Below, in pieces: positions 51,046-60,772 of a DNA stretch of 64,000 nucleotides. Location of the stretch: positions 19,945 to 83,944 of the forward strand of contig JBNJEH010000003.1 in assembly GCA_051745635.1 (NCBI GenBank), read 5' to 3'. The notes under the pieces were generated by a model, which searched no databases, was not told where the DNA came from, and saw only the letters and a list, made by a program, of their open reading frames with translations. Each line of letters starts with the position of its first letter. Within the stretch, counting starts at the first letter, position 1. This stretch comes from Bacteroidota bacterium (GTDB lineage: Bacteria; Bacteroidota; Bacteroidia; Flavobacteriales_D; Crocinitomicaceae). Position numbers and translations under genes: made by a program.

Positions 51046-51266
51046 AATAATGAATACTTATTAAAGCATACAGATGTTAGACAATTAGACAATAGATGTT
51101 AGATAACTGATATAAAGAATATCTAACCTCTCCGGGTCTAACATCTTTTATAAATCTAAGCATCCAATTTGCGAGAATGTTTTAAATTAAAATTACGACC
51201 TATCCTGGAACCGACTAAAAGGAACTCAAAGCGATGTGCTTGGCCCAAGTCGAAGTTAGTTAAACC
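51046..51266. repeat. Dispersed ~221-bp non-coding element, copy 2 (inverted relative to 2535-2758)
   Basis: End-to-end alignment with the reverse complement of 2535-2758. Confidence 0.9.
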
Positions 51267-51311
51267 GTAAAGATGATTCAGGTGTAGAATCTTTAGGGTA
51301 GGTTAGCAAAT

Positions 51312-51334
51312 AAAAAAAAGGGCCGCAGCCCTTG
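51312..51334 (-). terminator. Intrinsic terminator
   Basis: AAGGGC-TGCG-GCCCTT plus T8 on the minus strand after the 51360 stop. Confidence 0.75.
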
Positions 51335-51359
51335 TAATAGTTTAATTTTAGTTGTACGC

Positions 51360-51755
51360 CTAGAAGGGCATATTTGAGCCGGCTATACCGCCAACTACGC
51401 CACCTATAATTCCAAGAACAAACCCGATGATGGTAAGAATGACCGTTACCTTCCAGAATTTCAGGTAGTTTTCAGTAAACTCTTCCATATTGAATTGATT
51501 TCTACTCGCCGCCTGAGCCTGTTTAAAGAGAAGCAAACTGACGTAGATGTAAATACCGGCCATGATGATATAGACAATTCCAATAACAGGGAGCATAAAT
51601 AACATGCCAATAGCTGCAATCACCATAAAGCCTGAACCGATAAAGCCCAAAATAGCGATCGTTTTTGCCCAACCTGAAGCCTCGTGAAGATTCGTTTTTG
51701 ATTGGTTTGATAATCCGCGATCTTGTTGTTCTGCGTTATCGTCTAAATTTTCCAT
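51360..51755 (-). CDS. DUF5362-like small membrane protein
   Basis: LHEASGWAKTIAILGFIG pattern and three TM helices. Confidence 0.7.
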   Translation of the reverse strand: MENLDDNAEQQDRGLSNQSKTNLHEASGWAKTIAILGFIGSGFMVIAAIGMLFMLPVIGIVYIIMAGIYIYVSLLLFKQAQAASRNQFNMEEFTENYLKFWKVTVILTIIGFVLGIIGGVVGGIAGSNMPF

Positions 51756-51825
51756 AATGTTTTATTTAAATAAATGGGGGTGCTTGAAATTTTATAAAAT
51801 GCAATTAATAGCACCCACCTAAAAA

Positions 51826-51856
51826 GAAAGAGCTGAAAAATAGAATCAGCTCTTTC
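51826..51856 (-). terminator. Intrinsic terminator
   Basis: GAAAGAGCTGA / TCAGCTCTTTC 11-bp stem, T run on the minus strand. Confidence 0.7.
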
Positions 51857-51878
51857 GGGTTGAAATGTTATTGCAATT

Positions 51879-52397
51879 TTAGTGGATCAGATGTTTGCGA
51901 TTCGCGTTATACATAATCACAAATGCAACAGTGATGAGGATACCAAATATAGTACCTGCCCATACAAATCCACTGGCAGCACCAGCAAAAGCGTCTGCTA
52001 CCTGCTCTTGATTACCGTTCATTTGACCACCAGAATTTCTGATCGCGTCAGAAACCTTGCTCGTCTGTGAGGTCATCATCACGGTACTTATAATCGACAC
52101 GATGATCGATACTGCAGAACCGGCTACATAAAGCATGAAACCCGATTTTTTGAGGTTCCACATTTGAATAGCACCGAGCAGGCACAAAATTGCCGAAACT
52201 AAACCGAGGATCGACCAAATAATGGATGAACCAGCCGCCGACGAGAATGTCGAGAGTGCTGAAACGCCAGCGAAACTGAGTAGTCCACCGAGTACGCCCA
52301 GACCTGACCCAATAAAAGTGAGGATACATAGTACCGTAAGAAATTGTGGTCTTCCCTTTTGTTCCTGTGGATTGCTGTCTAAATTTTCATTTTCCAT
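51879..52397 (-). CDS. Hypothetical four-TM membrane protein
   Basis: RPQFLTVLCILTFIGSG, GAIQMWNLKKSGF; hydrophobic helices. Confidence 0.75.
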   Translation of the reverse strand: MENENLDSNPQEQKGRPQFLTVLCILTFIGSGLGVLGGLLSFAGVSALSTFSSAAGSSIIWSILGLVSAILCLLGAIQMWNLKKSGFMLYVAGSAVSIIVSIISTVMMTSQTSKVSDAIRNSGGQMNGNQEQVADAFAGAASGFVWAGTIFGILITVAFVIMYNANRKHLIH

Positions 52398-52421
52398 GAT
52401 ATCAATTTATAAGTGAATAAC

Positions 52422-52820
52422 TTATTTGTTGTTATTATTGGCATCTTCTAAGCCTTTTTCCATTGCATCTTTAAACTCTTGGCTGTTGAAACCTTCTTCC
52501 AGTGCTCCTGCAGCCGCATCTACGAACATTAATGCCGCAATAACGATAACCAGTGCGATAATCGTACCGATAATACCTGTAATCAAACCTCCATTAGCAG
52601 CACCTTTACCACCCATGTTCGGTGTAGATTTGATTTTGTTTTTTGCAACAATAGCAAGGATAATTGCAAGAATACCAGCAATAACACCTACAACCCAAAT
52701 CCAACACAATACAATGGAGATAATTCCCAATACTAAGGATGCCGTTGCCAATCCATTACTTTGTGGCGCTCCTCCTTGAGCTCCTGCATTTGCTGTTCCT
52801 TTGTTTTCTTCTTCACTCAT
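52422..52820 (-). CDS. DUF4190-like membrane protein
   Basis: SNGLATASLVLGIISIV...ILAIVAKNKI...AANGGLITGIIG. Confidence 0.75.
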   Translation of the reverse strand: MSEEENKGTANAGAQGGAPQSNGLATASLVLGIISIVLCWIWVVGVIAGILAIILAIVAKNKIKSTPNMGGKGAANGGLITGIIGTIIALVIVIAALMFVDAAAGALEEGFNSQEFKDAMEKGLEDANNNNK

Positions 52821-53076
52821 AGTTTAACTTTTTTAAGATTTATGACTCAAACATAACTAAAAATAATTAACAAATTTTATCGTTTGCGAAATTTATTAGT
52901 ATTTCCACCGTGATGATGAGCTCAAAAGCAGAATAAATAAAAGGTATAGAAGGTGACAAAAGTTATCAACATGAGGTTGATAAATAGATTCAGAAGGAAA
53001 AGTCAATCAGAAAGTTAGTGTTTTTTTGAGGAAACGAGAACGTTTGAACGCACGGCGGGGTGCGTTCAAACAACCG

Positions 53077-53514
53077 TTATTTCTCTTCGATAATTTCAAT
53101 CTTTTCGATGGCATCGCCAACGCGTATTTTATCGACGACATCAATGCCTTCAACCACTTTGCCGAAGCAGGTATGATTGCCATCGAGATGGGCTGTATTA
53201 TTTCTGCCGTGACAGACAAAAAACTGGGATCCGCCCGTGTTTCTTCCGGCATGAGCCATAGACAGCACTCCGCGGTCGTGATATTGGTTGTCGCCATCTA
53301 ATTCGCAATCAATTGTATAGCCGGGGCCGCCCGTTCCATTTCCTTTCGGACAACCTCCCTGAATAACGAAGTCAGGCAGTACGCGATGCCATGTCAAACC
53401 GTCATAAAAACCATCTTTCGCCAACTTCACAAAATTATCCACCGTATTCGGGGCGTCTTTTTCGTAAAAAACAGCTTCCATATCCCCTCTATTGGTCTTT
53501 ATAATTGCTTTCAT
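53077..53514 (-). CDS. Peptidyl-prolyl cis-trans isomerase (cyclophilin)
   Basis: [52 protein letters not shown]. Confidence 0.95.
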   Translation of the reverse strand: MKAIIKTNRGDMEAVFYEKDAPNTVDNFVKLAKDGFYDGLTWHRVLPDFVIQGGCPKGNGTGGPGYTIDCELDGDNQYHDRGVLSMAHAGRNTGGSQFFVCHGRNNTAHLDGNHTCFGKVVEGIDVVDKIRVGDAIEKIEIIEEK

Positions 53515-53652
53515 AATTCAAATTTTTCGCGAATTTAATGAAAACACAGTGCTTTTAAAAGCTTATATTCAAGGAAAATGAATTTTGTTCGATTTGTTCC
53601 TCAACCGCCGCATTTTTTATTGGTTTTACCTTCGCTTTGAACAAAAGCCTTG

Positions 53653-53660
53653 TAACTTTG
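53653..53660 (+). promoter_or_regulatory. Bacteroidota -7 promoter element for bshC
   Basis: TAACTTTG 29 nt upstream of the ATG. Confidence 0.6.
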
Positions 53661-53689
53661 TCCTTTCAGGAATCCGTCAAATCTGATGC

Positions 53690-55285
53690 ATGAAGAAAAT
53701 TACAATAAATAGAAACGAGAGTGAACATTTTAGTGCAATTGCCAATGCATTGGTGTACGATCAAGATCAATTTAAAGCCTTTATTCATCGTCCCTTTTCG
53801 AAAGCTGCTGTTGTGACACAAACTGAGGAAAAGCAGAGAACTTATTCAGCTGAAATGCGCGAGGTTTTAAAAGGAGTTGTCAAAGAACAAATGGAGCCTT
53901 TTATGAAAAACGAAAAGGTGCACAGTATCGTTGAATCCATCGGGCACACTGATACTTTTACTGTCACTACGGGACATCAGCTCAATATATATTCCGGACC
54001 GCTTTATGTGATTTATAAAATTATGCACGTTATTAAACTGGCAGAGGAGCTCAATCGCGAGCGGAAAGATTTCAATTATGTTCCCGTCTTTTGGATGGCT
54101 TCGGAAGATCACGACTTTGAAGAGATCAATCATTTTCATCTGTTCAATGACAAAATAGAGTGGTCGAGTGCTCAGCAAGGTGCAGTGGGAAGGTTTGATT
54201 TAGAAGATTTCTCAGCCGTGAAAGATGCTATAGCCGATAAGTTTCAAAATAATGAGACCATGCACAGCTACCTCATGAGTCACTATCGGGAATCAGAAAG
54301 TTTGGCCACCGCTACGCGACGGTTTATCATGGATTTGTTTAAAGACTATGGATTAATTGTGCTCGATGCCGACGATTACCGATTGAAAAAAGCATTTGCA
54401 CCGGTTATGGAACGTGAAATTCGCACGCCCTTTGCTGAAGAGTTGGTGGAACGGCAAACAGAAGCGCTCGCTGAGAAAGGCTACGATGGACAAGTTACAC
54501 CGCGTCCGATCAATTTATTTTACCTTTCAGCCAATGGTCGCGATCGGATTATTCCGGAAGGAGAAGGTTATGTTGTGGGCGAGCAACAATTTACCCAAGA
54601 AGCATTATTGAAAGCTTTAAAAAATCATCCAGAACGCTTTTCACCAAATGTCGTGTTGCGTCCTGTCTACCAGGAAGTCATCCTGCCCAATGTCGCCTAT
54701 GTCGGTGGAGGAGGAGAGATGGCGTACTGGCTCCAGCTCAAACCTGTCTTCGAAGCAGCAGATGTCGTTTATCCGCTCATTCAAGTGCGCAATTCTGTTC
54801 AGATCGTCGATAAGATTGCCAATAAAAAGATGAAAAAACTGGGACTTTCTATTAAAGATCTTTTCAGCGGAATTCATAAAGTAAAGAAGGAATACGTCTT
54901 AAAAAACAGTCAGGAAGAGCTGGATTTTTCTAAGCTACATCAGACGAAAGAAAAATTACAGGAGACTATAGAAAATTTCGTTGGAGATGTCGATAAAGCC
55001 CTTTCGAACTATGCGAAGAGTGAAGTGACGCGAATTGAAAAGCAAATCCAGGGCATTCAGCAAAAGTTGATTCGTCACCAAAAAAAGCAACATGACGATG
55101 CGATGAATCAATTGGATCATTTGTTTGAACGGCTTTATCCCCATCAACAATTACAGGAACGCCATGACAATATAATTCAGTTAATGGCTACGCAAGGGAA
55201 AGAAAAAATCACAGATAACCTCTATCATGCGATTGATCCATTTGAAAAGGACTTGATCGTACTCAGCGAAGATTCCGAATTGTAG
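53690..55285 (+). CDS. bshC: Bacillithiol biosynthesis cysteine-adding enzyme BshC
   Basis: VTTGHQLNIYSGPLY.IYK, VPVFWMASEDHDFEEI, FSPNVVLRPVYQE, YVGGGGEMAYWLQL, LQER..N. Confidence 0.93.
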   Translation: MKKITINRNESEHFSAIANALVYDQDQFKAFIHRPFSKAAVVTQTEEKQRTYSAEMREVLKGVVKEQMEPFMKNEKVHSIVESIGHTDTFTVTTGHQLNIYSGPLYVIYKIMHVIKLAEELNRERKDFNYVPVFWMASEDHDFEEINHFHLFNDKIEWSSAQQGAVGRFDLEDFSAVKDAIADKFQNNETMHSYLMSHYRESESLATATRRFIMDLFKDYGLIVLDADDYRLKKAFAPVMEREIRTPFAEELVERQTEALAEKGYDGQVTPRPINLFYLSANGRDRIIPEGEGYVVGEQQFTQEALLKALKNHPERFSPNVVLRPVYQEVILPNVAYVGGGGEMAYWLQLKPVFEAADVVYPLIQVRNSVQIVDKIANKKMKKLGLSIKDLFSGIHKVKKEYVLKNSQEELDFSKLHQTKEKLQETIENFVGDVDKALSNYAKSEVTRIEKQIQGIQQKLIRHQKKQHDDAMNQLDHLFERLYPHQQLQERHDNIIQLMATQGKEKITDNLYHAIDPFEKDLIVLSEDSEL

Positions 55286-55331
55286 TGAAACACCTTTCTA
55301 TTCATGGCGAAAGCACTAAATGGCGCTGTTG

Positions 55332-55760
55332 TTAGTCGCCCAGACGAAGATCTAACACCATCGTGTGGTCCCAGTCGTAGCACGTTTCGTCGCAATTTTC
55401 AAAGGATTCTGCAGACAACCGATCTCCATCGACAGCGATAATGGTGTTTTCTCCCTCTTGATAACGAGCCGTGGCTGAGTAATCTTCATTGATGGGCATG
55501 AGGTAACTTTCATCAGAGGAAAGCGTTGTGAAATTTTCAATGGTATCACCTTCGTCAATATCTCCTTTAAAAAAGGTCACTTCAACCGGAGAATCATTTC
55601 CGTTTTTGGAAAGGTCCAGTTTTACAAAGAGCTCATCAGGTTTTTGCGTATAGCAAGTGATACTTTGGTCACATTCCCCGTTTCCCGTTGTTTTTCCGCA
55701 GCTCGTCACTATAAATACTGAAAAAACGGCGATAAGATTATACGTTGTTCGATTCATCAT
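55332..55760 (-). CDS. Hypothetical lipoprotein
   Basis: Lipobox VTSC; paired Cys motifs (GECDQSITC, NCDETCY). Confidence 0.7.
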   Translation of the reverse strand: MMNRTTYNLIAVFSVFIVTSCGKTTGNGECDQSITCYTQKPDELFVKLDLSKNGNDSPVEVTFFKGDIDEGDTIENFTTLSSDESYLMPINEDYSATARYQEGENTIIAVDGDRLSAESFENCDETCYDWDHTMVLDLRLGD

Positions 55761-56350
55761 TCGTCATTTTTGTTGTTCAGGTAAATGGTTAACATGATGT
55801 CAATCATACCATTTGGAATGTCATTTTGCTGGTCAAACATCAGGTAACCGGCAGAGAGGCGTACATTTTTTGTATCCCACGCAAGTCCAGCCCCCGGTGC
55901 GATCATAAACCCATTTTTCAAACTCTCGGAGAGTCCGCGGTAATTCGCATGCATATAGCCCATTTTAGCTTTTGCATAAACACCTATATGATTGTTGTAG
56001 TCACCTTTGGCATATTCCAGAAAGTACAGCTGTTTTTCCAGATCGAGGGAAAAGAACAGCACGCGTTCCCGATATTGATAAAACAAATTTTCTTCTTCCT
56101 GAATGCGCACTTTTTTCAAATAGGGACGAAAACCAACGTTGAATGTACTGCTGAAGTCGTATCCCTTTTCTTCCAGCCCAATTCCAAAGCTCAGCATAAA
56201 GTCCTGACCATTAAAGTAGGGCTCTATGTTCAAGCCTACATTAGGCTGAAAATAAGACATTTTAAAGGGACTCACTGCGTAGATTTGTCCTTGTGCGACA
56301 TGAATGCTCAGTACAAGTATAGCTCCCAGAATAGTAATGTTTTTCAACAT
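55757..56350 (-). CDS. Hypothetical outer-membrane beta-barrel protein
   Basis: Signal peptide and alternating amphipathic strands; stop overlaps the next gene's start. Confidence 0.65.
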   Translation of the reverse strand: MLKNITILGAILVLSIHVAQGQIYAVSPFKMSYFQPNVGLNIEPYFNGQDFMLSFGIGLEEKGYDFSSTFNVGFRPYLKKVRIQEEENLFYQYRERVLFFSLDLEKQLYFLEYAKGDYNNHIGVYAKAKMGYMHANYRGLSESLKNGFMIAPGAGLAWDTKNVRLSAGYLMFDQQNDIPNGMIDIMLTIYLNNKNDE

Positions 56351-56504
56351 GAAATAATGCTTTTGTTAAACAAAAATATAAAAATTATCAGAAATTAGAA
56401 TGACTATTGCGGTACAAATCAGGGGCGAAGATTCAACTGACGAAATTTAACTCGCGCTCGGAATGATTCTTATGAAGGAACGAATCAAAGGTGAATGCAG
56501 GCTT

Positions 56505-57299
56505 TCAAGAAAAATCGCGTTCTTTCTTGATATTTTCGTATGCTTCCTGAATGCGCTGGAACTTCTCTTTGGCTCCTTTTTGATATTCATCGCCCATATT
56601 CGCTACTTTGTCCGGATGGTAACGGACAGCCATCTTGCGATAGGCTTTTTTTACTTCCTGATCCGTAGCAGATTTCTCGACACCTAAAATTTTGAAGTCA
56701 CTTTCGGTATCCCGGTGGAACATATTTTTAACACTCGTAAAATCCATGTCGGGAACGCCCATCATTCGAGCAATGCGCTGTATAACATCCATTTCCGCTT
56801 TAGAGACATTGCCATCAGCTTTGGCGATACCGAATAAATAGTGGAGTAACTGGACTCTGACTTCCGTGCGCATGCGCTGACGAATGTCGTCGCAAATTTG
56901 TTGGAGTGGCAGTTCTTCTTCCTGATCGACAAATGATTTGAGTGTTTTTAGGTGGTTTTGACTGAATTGCGAACCGAATTGTTGTTGCAAAAATGCCTTC
57001 ACAAACTGCAGCTCGGACTTCATTACTTTGTCGTCCGCTTTCATAATTGCAGCAGATAACGCCAATAACATGGTGGGAAAATCATAGCGTTGCGACTGTT
57101 GCTGATAAAAGTTGAAAATATCGTCGGCAGAAGTGAAACGTTGACTTTTACCGCCTTGCTGTTCATTCATGTAACGGGCGGCGCGCTGAAAATTATCAAT
57201 AAAAGCACCGATGAGAAAACCGATGAATGCACCGAAAAAACGATAACCAGTAAGGTAGAATCCCAGTCCGGCACCAATCCATTTAAAATATCCAGTCAT
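56505..57299 (-). CDS. TerB/DjlA-like co-chaperone with C-terminal J domain
   Basis: N-terminal Gly-rich [43 protein letters not shown] (HPD motif). Start at 57299. Confidence 0.88.
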   Translation of the reverse strand: MTGYFKWIGAGLGFYLTGYRFFGAFIGFLIGAFIDNFQRAARYMNEQQGGKSQRFTSADDIFNFYQQQSQRYDFPTMLLALSAAIMKADDKVMKSELQFVKAFLQQQFGSQFSQNHLKTLKSFVDQEEELPLQQICDDIRQRMRTEVRVQLLHYLFGIAKADGNVSKAEMDVIQRIARMMGVPDMDFTSVKNMFHRDTESDFKILGVEKSATDQEVKKAYRKMAVRYHPDKVANMGDEYQKGAKEKFQRIQEAYENIKKERDFS

Positions 57300-57306
57300 A
57301 TTAAGT

Positions 57307-57334
57307 AAAAAGGGCGGAGAAATTTCCCCGCCCT
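57307..57334 (-). terminator. Hairpin between htpG and the J-domain gene
   Basis: AGGGCGG / CCGCCCT stem followed by TTTT on the minus strand. Confidence 0.55.
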
Positions 57335-57344
57335 CGTTTTTCAA

Positions 57345-59231
57345 TTATACGAGTTCTATACTTCTGTTCACAAATTTGGTCAATGCTTCACCTTTCAGCA
57401 TACCTTGCGACAACATAGCTAAATCAGTCAGCTGTTTTGCTTTATTTTCTTTTTCAGCATCGTCAGCTTTTAAGACTTCTGAAACTTTAGCGTGATTGCT
57501 GTTCACCACCAAATTGTATGTTTCGGGGAACGCCCCCATAAATCCAGCGCCTCCCATTTGTTGCTGTTCCTGCATGCGTCGAATAAATTCGGGCTGCGTC
57601 ACAACAATCGGAGCTTCTGATTCGGACATGCTTTCAAATTGAATTTTGAATTTTTCCTTATCGACTACGTTTTCAAAGACGGGTTTGAGCGTTTCCTGTT
57701 CTTCTTCGGACAATTTAGAAGGAATTTCTTCGTCTTTTTTGATCAAATTGTCCAGCGTATCTGCATCGACGCGCGCAAAGCTTACGTTATCTAATGTCGT
57801 TTCCATTTTCTGAATCCAGTGCGGAATCAATGGACCCTGCAGTTCTAAGACTTTATATCCGCGATCATTCGCTGCCTGGACGAAGCTGTATTGCTCTTCC
57901 TTGTCATTGGTGTAAAGGAAAATCGTTTTGCCATCTTTATCGGTCTGCGTTTCGCCCACTTTTTCTTTGAATTCTTCAACGGTGTGGTAGTCACCTTCCG
58001 TATCCTGAACGAGGTGAAAAGCTTTTGATTTTTCAGCAAACTTTTCGTCTGACAACATTCCATATTCAGAGAAAATGCGGAGGTCTTTCCATTTCTTTTC
58101 AAAATCTTCGCGGTCGTTGTTAAACATCTTGCGCAACTTATCCGCTACTTTTTTCGTGATGTGCGAACTGATTTTCTTCACGTTGCTGTCACTTTGCAGG
58201 TAAGAACGCGAAACGTTCAGCGGGATATCCGGAGAATCGATCACTCCGTGTAATAACGTCAGGAATTCAGGAACAATTTCCTCCACATTGTCCGTAATAA
58301 ATACCTGGTTGGAGTACAACTGAATTTTATTGCGCTGTACTTCAACGTTCTCCTTAATCTTGGGGAAGTATAAAATTCCCGTCAGGTTGAACGGGTAGTC
58401 GACGTTCAGGTGAATGTGAAATAAAGGTTCTTCGAACGTCCCCGGATACAATTCACCGTAGAAATTCTTATAATCTTCATCTTTGAGTTCACTTGGCATA
58501 ATCGTCCACGGTGGTGTGGTATTATTCACCTGGTCCGGAACTTCTTTCGAGATTTTTTTGACGTTTCCTTCGTCATCTTTTTCACCTGATGGGTCATCTT
58601 CTTCAACCGTTCGCGTTCCAAAGATTACTGGAACAGGCAGGAATTTACAATATTTGTCGAGAATTCCACGAATGCGGTTTTCTTCTAAAAATTCTTTAGA
58701 ATCATCGTTGATGTGAAGGACAATGTCCGTTCCGCGCTGTGATTTTTCGATTTCCTGAATGGTATATTCTGTGGTTCCATTACTTTTCCACTGAACGGGC
58801 GCTGCATCTTCGTATCGGGCCAAAGTGTTTATTTCCACTTGATCAGCAACCATAAATGCTGAATAGAAACCGAGACCAAAGTGACCAATGATCGATTCTT
58901 TGTTATCGGAATCTTTGTATTTCTGCACAAATTCCTCTGCGCCGGAAAATGCAATTTGATTGATGTATTTATCGATCTCTTCGGCTGTCATTCCGACACC
59001 GTAATCGCGAACCGTCAGTGTTCCTGCTTCTTTGTCTAATAGAATATCGACCTTTAAATTGTCAATTTCTTTGTCGTATTCGCCATTCTTAGCCAGTACG
59101 CGCAACTTTTGAGATGCATCTATTGCATTGGAGACGAGCTCGCGCAAGAAGATCTCATGATCGGAGTACAAAAACTTTTTGATGATCGGAAAGATGTTTT
59201 CCGTCTGTACGTTAATATGACCTTTTTTCAT
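57345..59231 (-). CDS. htpG: Molecular chaperone HtpG (Hsp90)
   Basis: FLYSDHEIFLRELVSNAIDA, VRDYGVGM, IGHFGLGFYSAFMVA, GVIDSPDIPLNVSRS. Confidence 0.97.
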   Translation of the reverse strand: MKKGHINVQTENIFPIIKKFLYSDHEIFLRELVSNAIDASQKLRVLAKNGEYDKEIDNLKVDILLDKEAGTLTVRDYGVGMTAEEIDKYINQIAFSGAEEFVQKYKDSDNKESIIGHFGLGFYSAFMVADQVEINTLARYEDAAPVQWKSNGTTEYTIQEIEKSQRGTDIVLHINDDSKEFLEENRIRGILDKYCKFLPVPVIFGTRTVEEDDPSGEKDDEGNVKKISKEVPDQVNNTTPPWTIMPSELKDEDYKNFYGELYPGTFEEPLFHIHLNVDYPFNLTGILYFPKIKENVEVQRNKIQLYSNQVFITDNVEEIVPEFLTLLHGVIDSPDIPLNVSRSYLQSDSNVKKISSHITKKVADKLRKMFNNDREDFEKKWKDLRIFSEYGMLSDEKFAEKSKAFHLVQDTEGDYHTVEEFKEKVGETQTDKDGKTIFLYTNDKEEQYSFVQAANDRGYKVLELQGPLIPHWIQKMETTLDNVSFARVDADTLDNLIKKDEEIPSKLSEEEQETLKPVFENVVDKEKFKIQFESMSESEAPIVVTQPEFIRRMQEQQQMGGAGFMGAFPETYNLVVNSNHAKVSEVLKADDAEKENKAKQLTDLAMLSQGMLKGEALTKFVNRSIELV

Positions 59232-59266
59232 TTGTATTACATTTTATGATGAACACCGCATCATTG

Positions 59267-59306
59267 TCAAGCATTGTGCCAATAGCAAACGTCTGCCAAA
59301 ATGACA
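59267..59306 (-). promoter_or_regulatory. Sigma54-like -24/-12 motif plus TGnCA-N3-TGnCA site upstream of htpG
   Basis: TGGCAC-AATGC-TTGA (59281-59267, minus) and TGTCA-TTT-TGGCA (59306-59294). Confidence 0.45.
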
Positions 59307-59399
59307 AGATGCATACATTTCCTGTGGTTTTGTGACTGCAATTTGGTCATATTGATGGAAATTTCCGGAGTTGTCGAATTGACTGTGTATGTTGCCAAA

Positions 59400-59873
59400 T
59401 CAGTTGATCACTGTGATTACGCTGTCCATCTTTTCATTGGGAACAGTTAGAGAGAGCACGTATTGTTCCAGTTTCCACTCACCGTTACTTTTTTGGAATA
59501 CACCAGATCCGCGACAGGTGCCCATCCAGGTATCCAGCAATTCATGAAACCAGGCCACGTTTTCAGCATGAGCTAATTGAATCGTGCGGTCTTTTGTTGT
59601 GAACGACCACGTATTTCCCTCATCAAAATAAGGTTTTGCAAAAGATTGAAACGCTTCGACCGTCCATATTTCTGAGGGATCGGTGCCAACAAACACACCC
59701 TGATCACTAAAAAGCGAAAAATAGGGTTCGAAATGAGCCGCTGCAGCGTCCTGATGCCATTGATCCAGTCGATCATTGATTTCGGCTTCATCGCTTTCCC
59801 GATCGTCAGTATCTGATTCCGCCGGAGTACAAGCGAAAATCAAAAATGCCAGTAAAAAAAGATAATGTTGCAT
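59400..59873 (-). CDS. SnoaL/NTF2-like domain lipoprotein
   Basis: Lipobox IFAC; LDQWHQDAAAAHF..YF, FVGTDPSEIW, AWFHELLDT..G.CRGSGV, WKLEQYVLS. Start at 59873. Confidence 0.85.
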   Translation of the reverse strand: MQHYLFLLAFLIFACTPAESDTDDRESDEAEINDRLDQWHQDAAAAHFEPYFSLFSDQGVFVGTDPSEIWTVEAFQSFAKPYFDEGNTWSFTTKDRTIQLAHAENVAWFHELLDTWMGTCRGSGVFQKSNGEWKLEQYVLSLTVPNEKMDSVITVIN

Positions 59874-59901
59874 TTTTAGTTTGTTTAGCTTCCAAAAAAC
59901 A

Positions 59902-60087
59902 TTACTCATCAGTAGTTTTCAACGATTCTTGCAAAGTAGGGCGGGTGAGCGGTTTTACTACTTCTTTAGCATTTATGAAAGCTCCGTTTGTTCCTAAGGA
60001 AGCAAACGATGCATCAAAATTTGAAGGATTCTTTTTCTCTGCTCCTTTCTTTTTCCAATGTGGAATAAACTGATTTCTTACTAACAT
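59902..60087 (-). CDS. Possible small hypothetical protein
   Basis: 61-aa ORF filling the gap between co-oriented genes; no recognisable motif. Confidence 0.3.
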   Translation of the reverse strand: MLVRNQFIPHWKKKGAEKKNPSNFDASFASLGTNGAFINAKEVVKPLTRPTLQESLKTTDE

Positions 60088-60198
60088 AATTCAACGATTT
60101 CTATACAAATTAGCAAGAATGATTCCAAAATTTGTTTCGAACGACTTTGCAGCGGTGAAAGTTGATTCACCTGTGCAGATCAGCTCCTGAAGTGCATT

Positions 60199-60768
60199 TT
60201 AGTCTTCACTGAACACGACGACGAGAGCTGCTAACTGATTGTTGAGTCCCATGACAGGTGTTGCCGCGTACCAGGCGTCCTCTTTTTGCTCCGTCGTAAC
60301 GTCCTTCGCAGAATAAAGCCCTTCGTGCTCAAATACAGCCGTTTCATCTTTTTTATTCGTGCTGAGTAATATTTCACCCGATTCATGATTGATGAGCATG
60401 ACCTTTTCAACATTCGGCTGCTTGAGAATCTGCAGAAAATACTGATTGACCTGATCATTGTTTTCATCGATCAACTCACTCCGTACAGCGAGAGCCAGTG
60501 TCTGCGTAACTTGTTTATTCTTCAGCGTTCGCAATTCCTGAAGCGTTGAGCGGTGTGATTGCTCGAGCTCGGTTATTTGCTCCCTGTGTTCCTTTCGCAA
60601 CTGATTATTGGCAACCCAGCCCCAAATGACACTGACGATCAATAAAAAAGCCAAAAATAGTTTGACAATATGCTTTTTCCAGAAGGGTGTAGTTGGATTC
60701 GTTTTTTGTTTGGCGTCTTTTTGAGAAGCTTCGTCTTTTTTTGCGGGTGTATTTTTCTTCGTGGTCAT
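60199..60768 (-). CDS. Hypothetical single-TM protein with a periplasmic domain
   Basis: Basic N-terminus, TM LFLAFLLIVSVIWGW, coiled coil, small alpha/beta domain. Confidence 0.7.
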   Translation of the reverse strand: MTTKKNTPAKKDEASQKDAKQKTNPTTPFWKKHIVKLFLAFLLIVSVIWGWVANNQLRKEHREQITELEQSHRSTLQELRTLKNKQVTQTLALAVRSELIDENNDQVNQYFLQILKQPNVEKVMLINHESGEILLSTNKKDETAVFEHEGLYSAKDVTTEQKEDAWYAATPVMGLNNQLAALVVVFSED

Positions 60769-60772
60769 CTTG

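Noticed and set aside
53026-53301. Antisense and overlapping ORFs here and throughout the track (e.g. 1221-1499, 25415-25933, 37073-37768, 55826-56398)
   Set aside because: They overlap well-supported genes on the other strand or frame and carry no motifs; treated as shadow ORFs.
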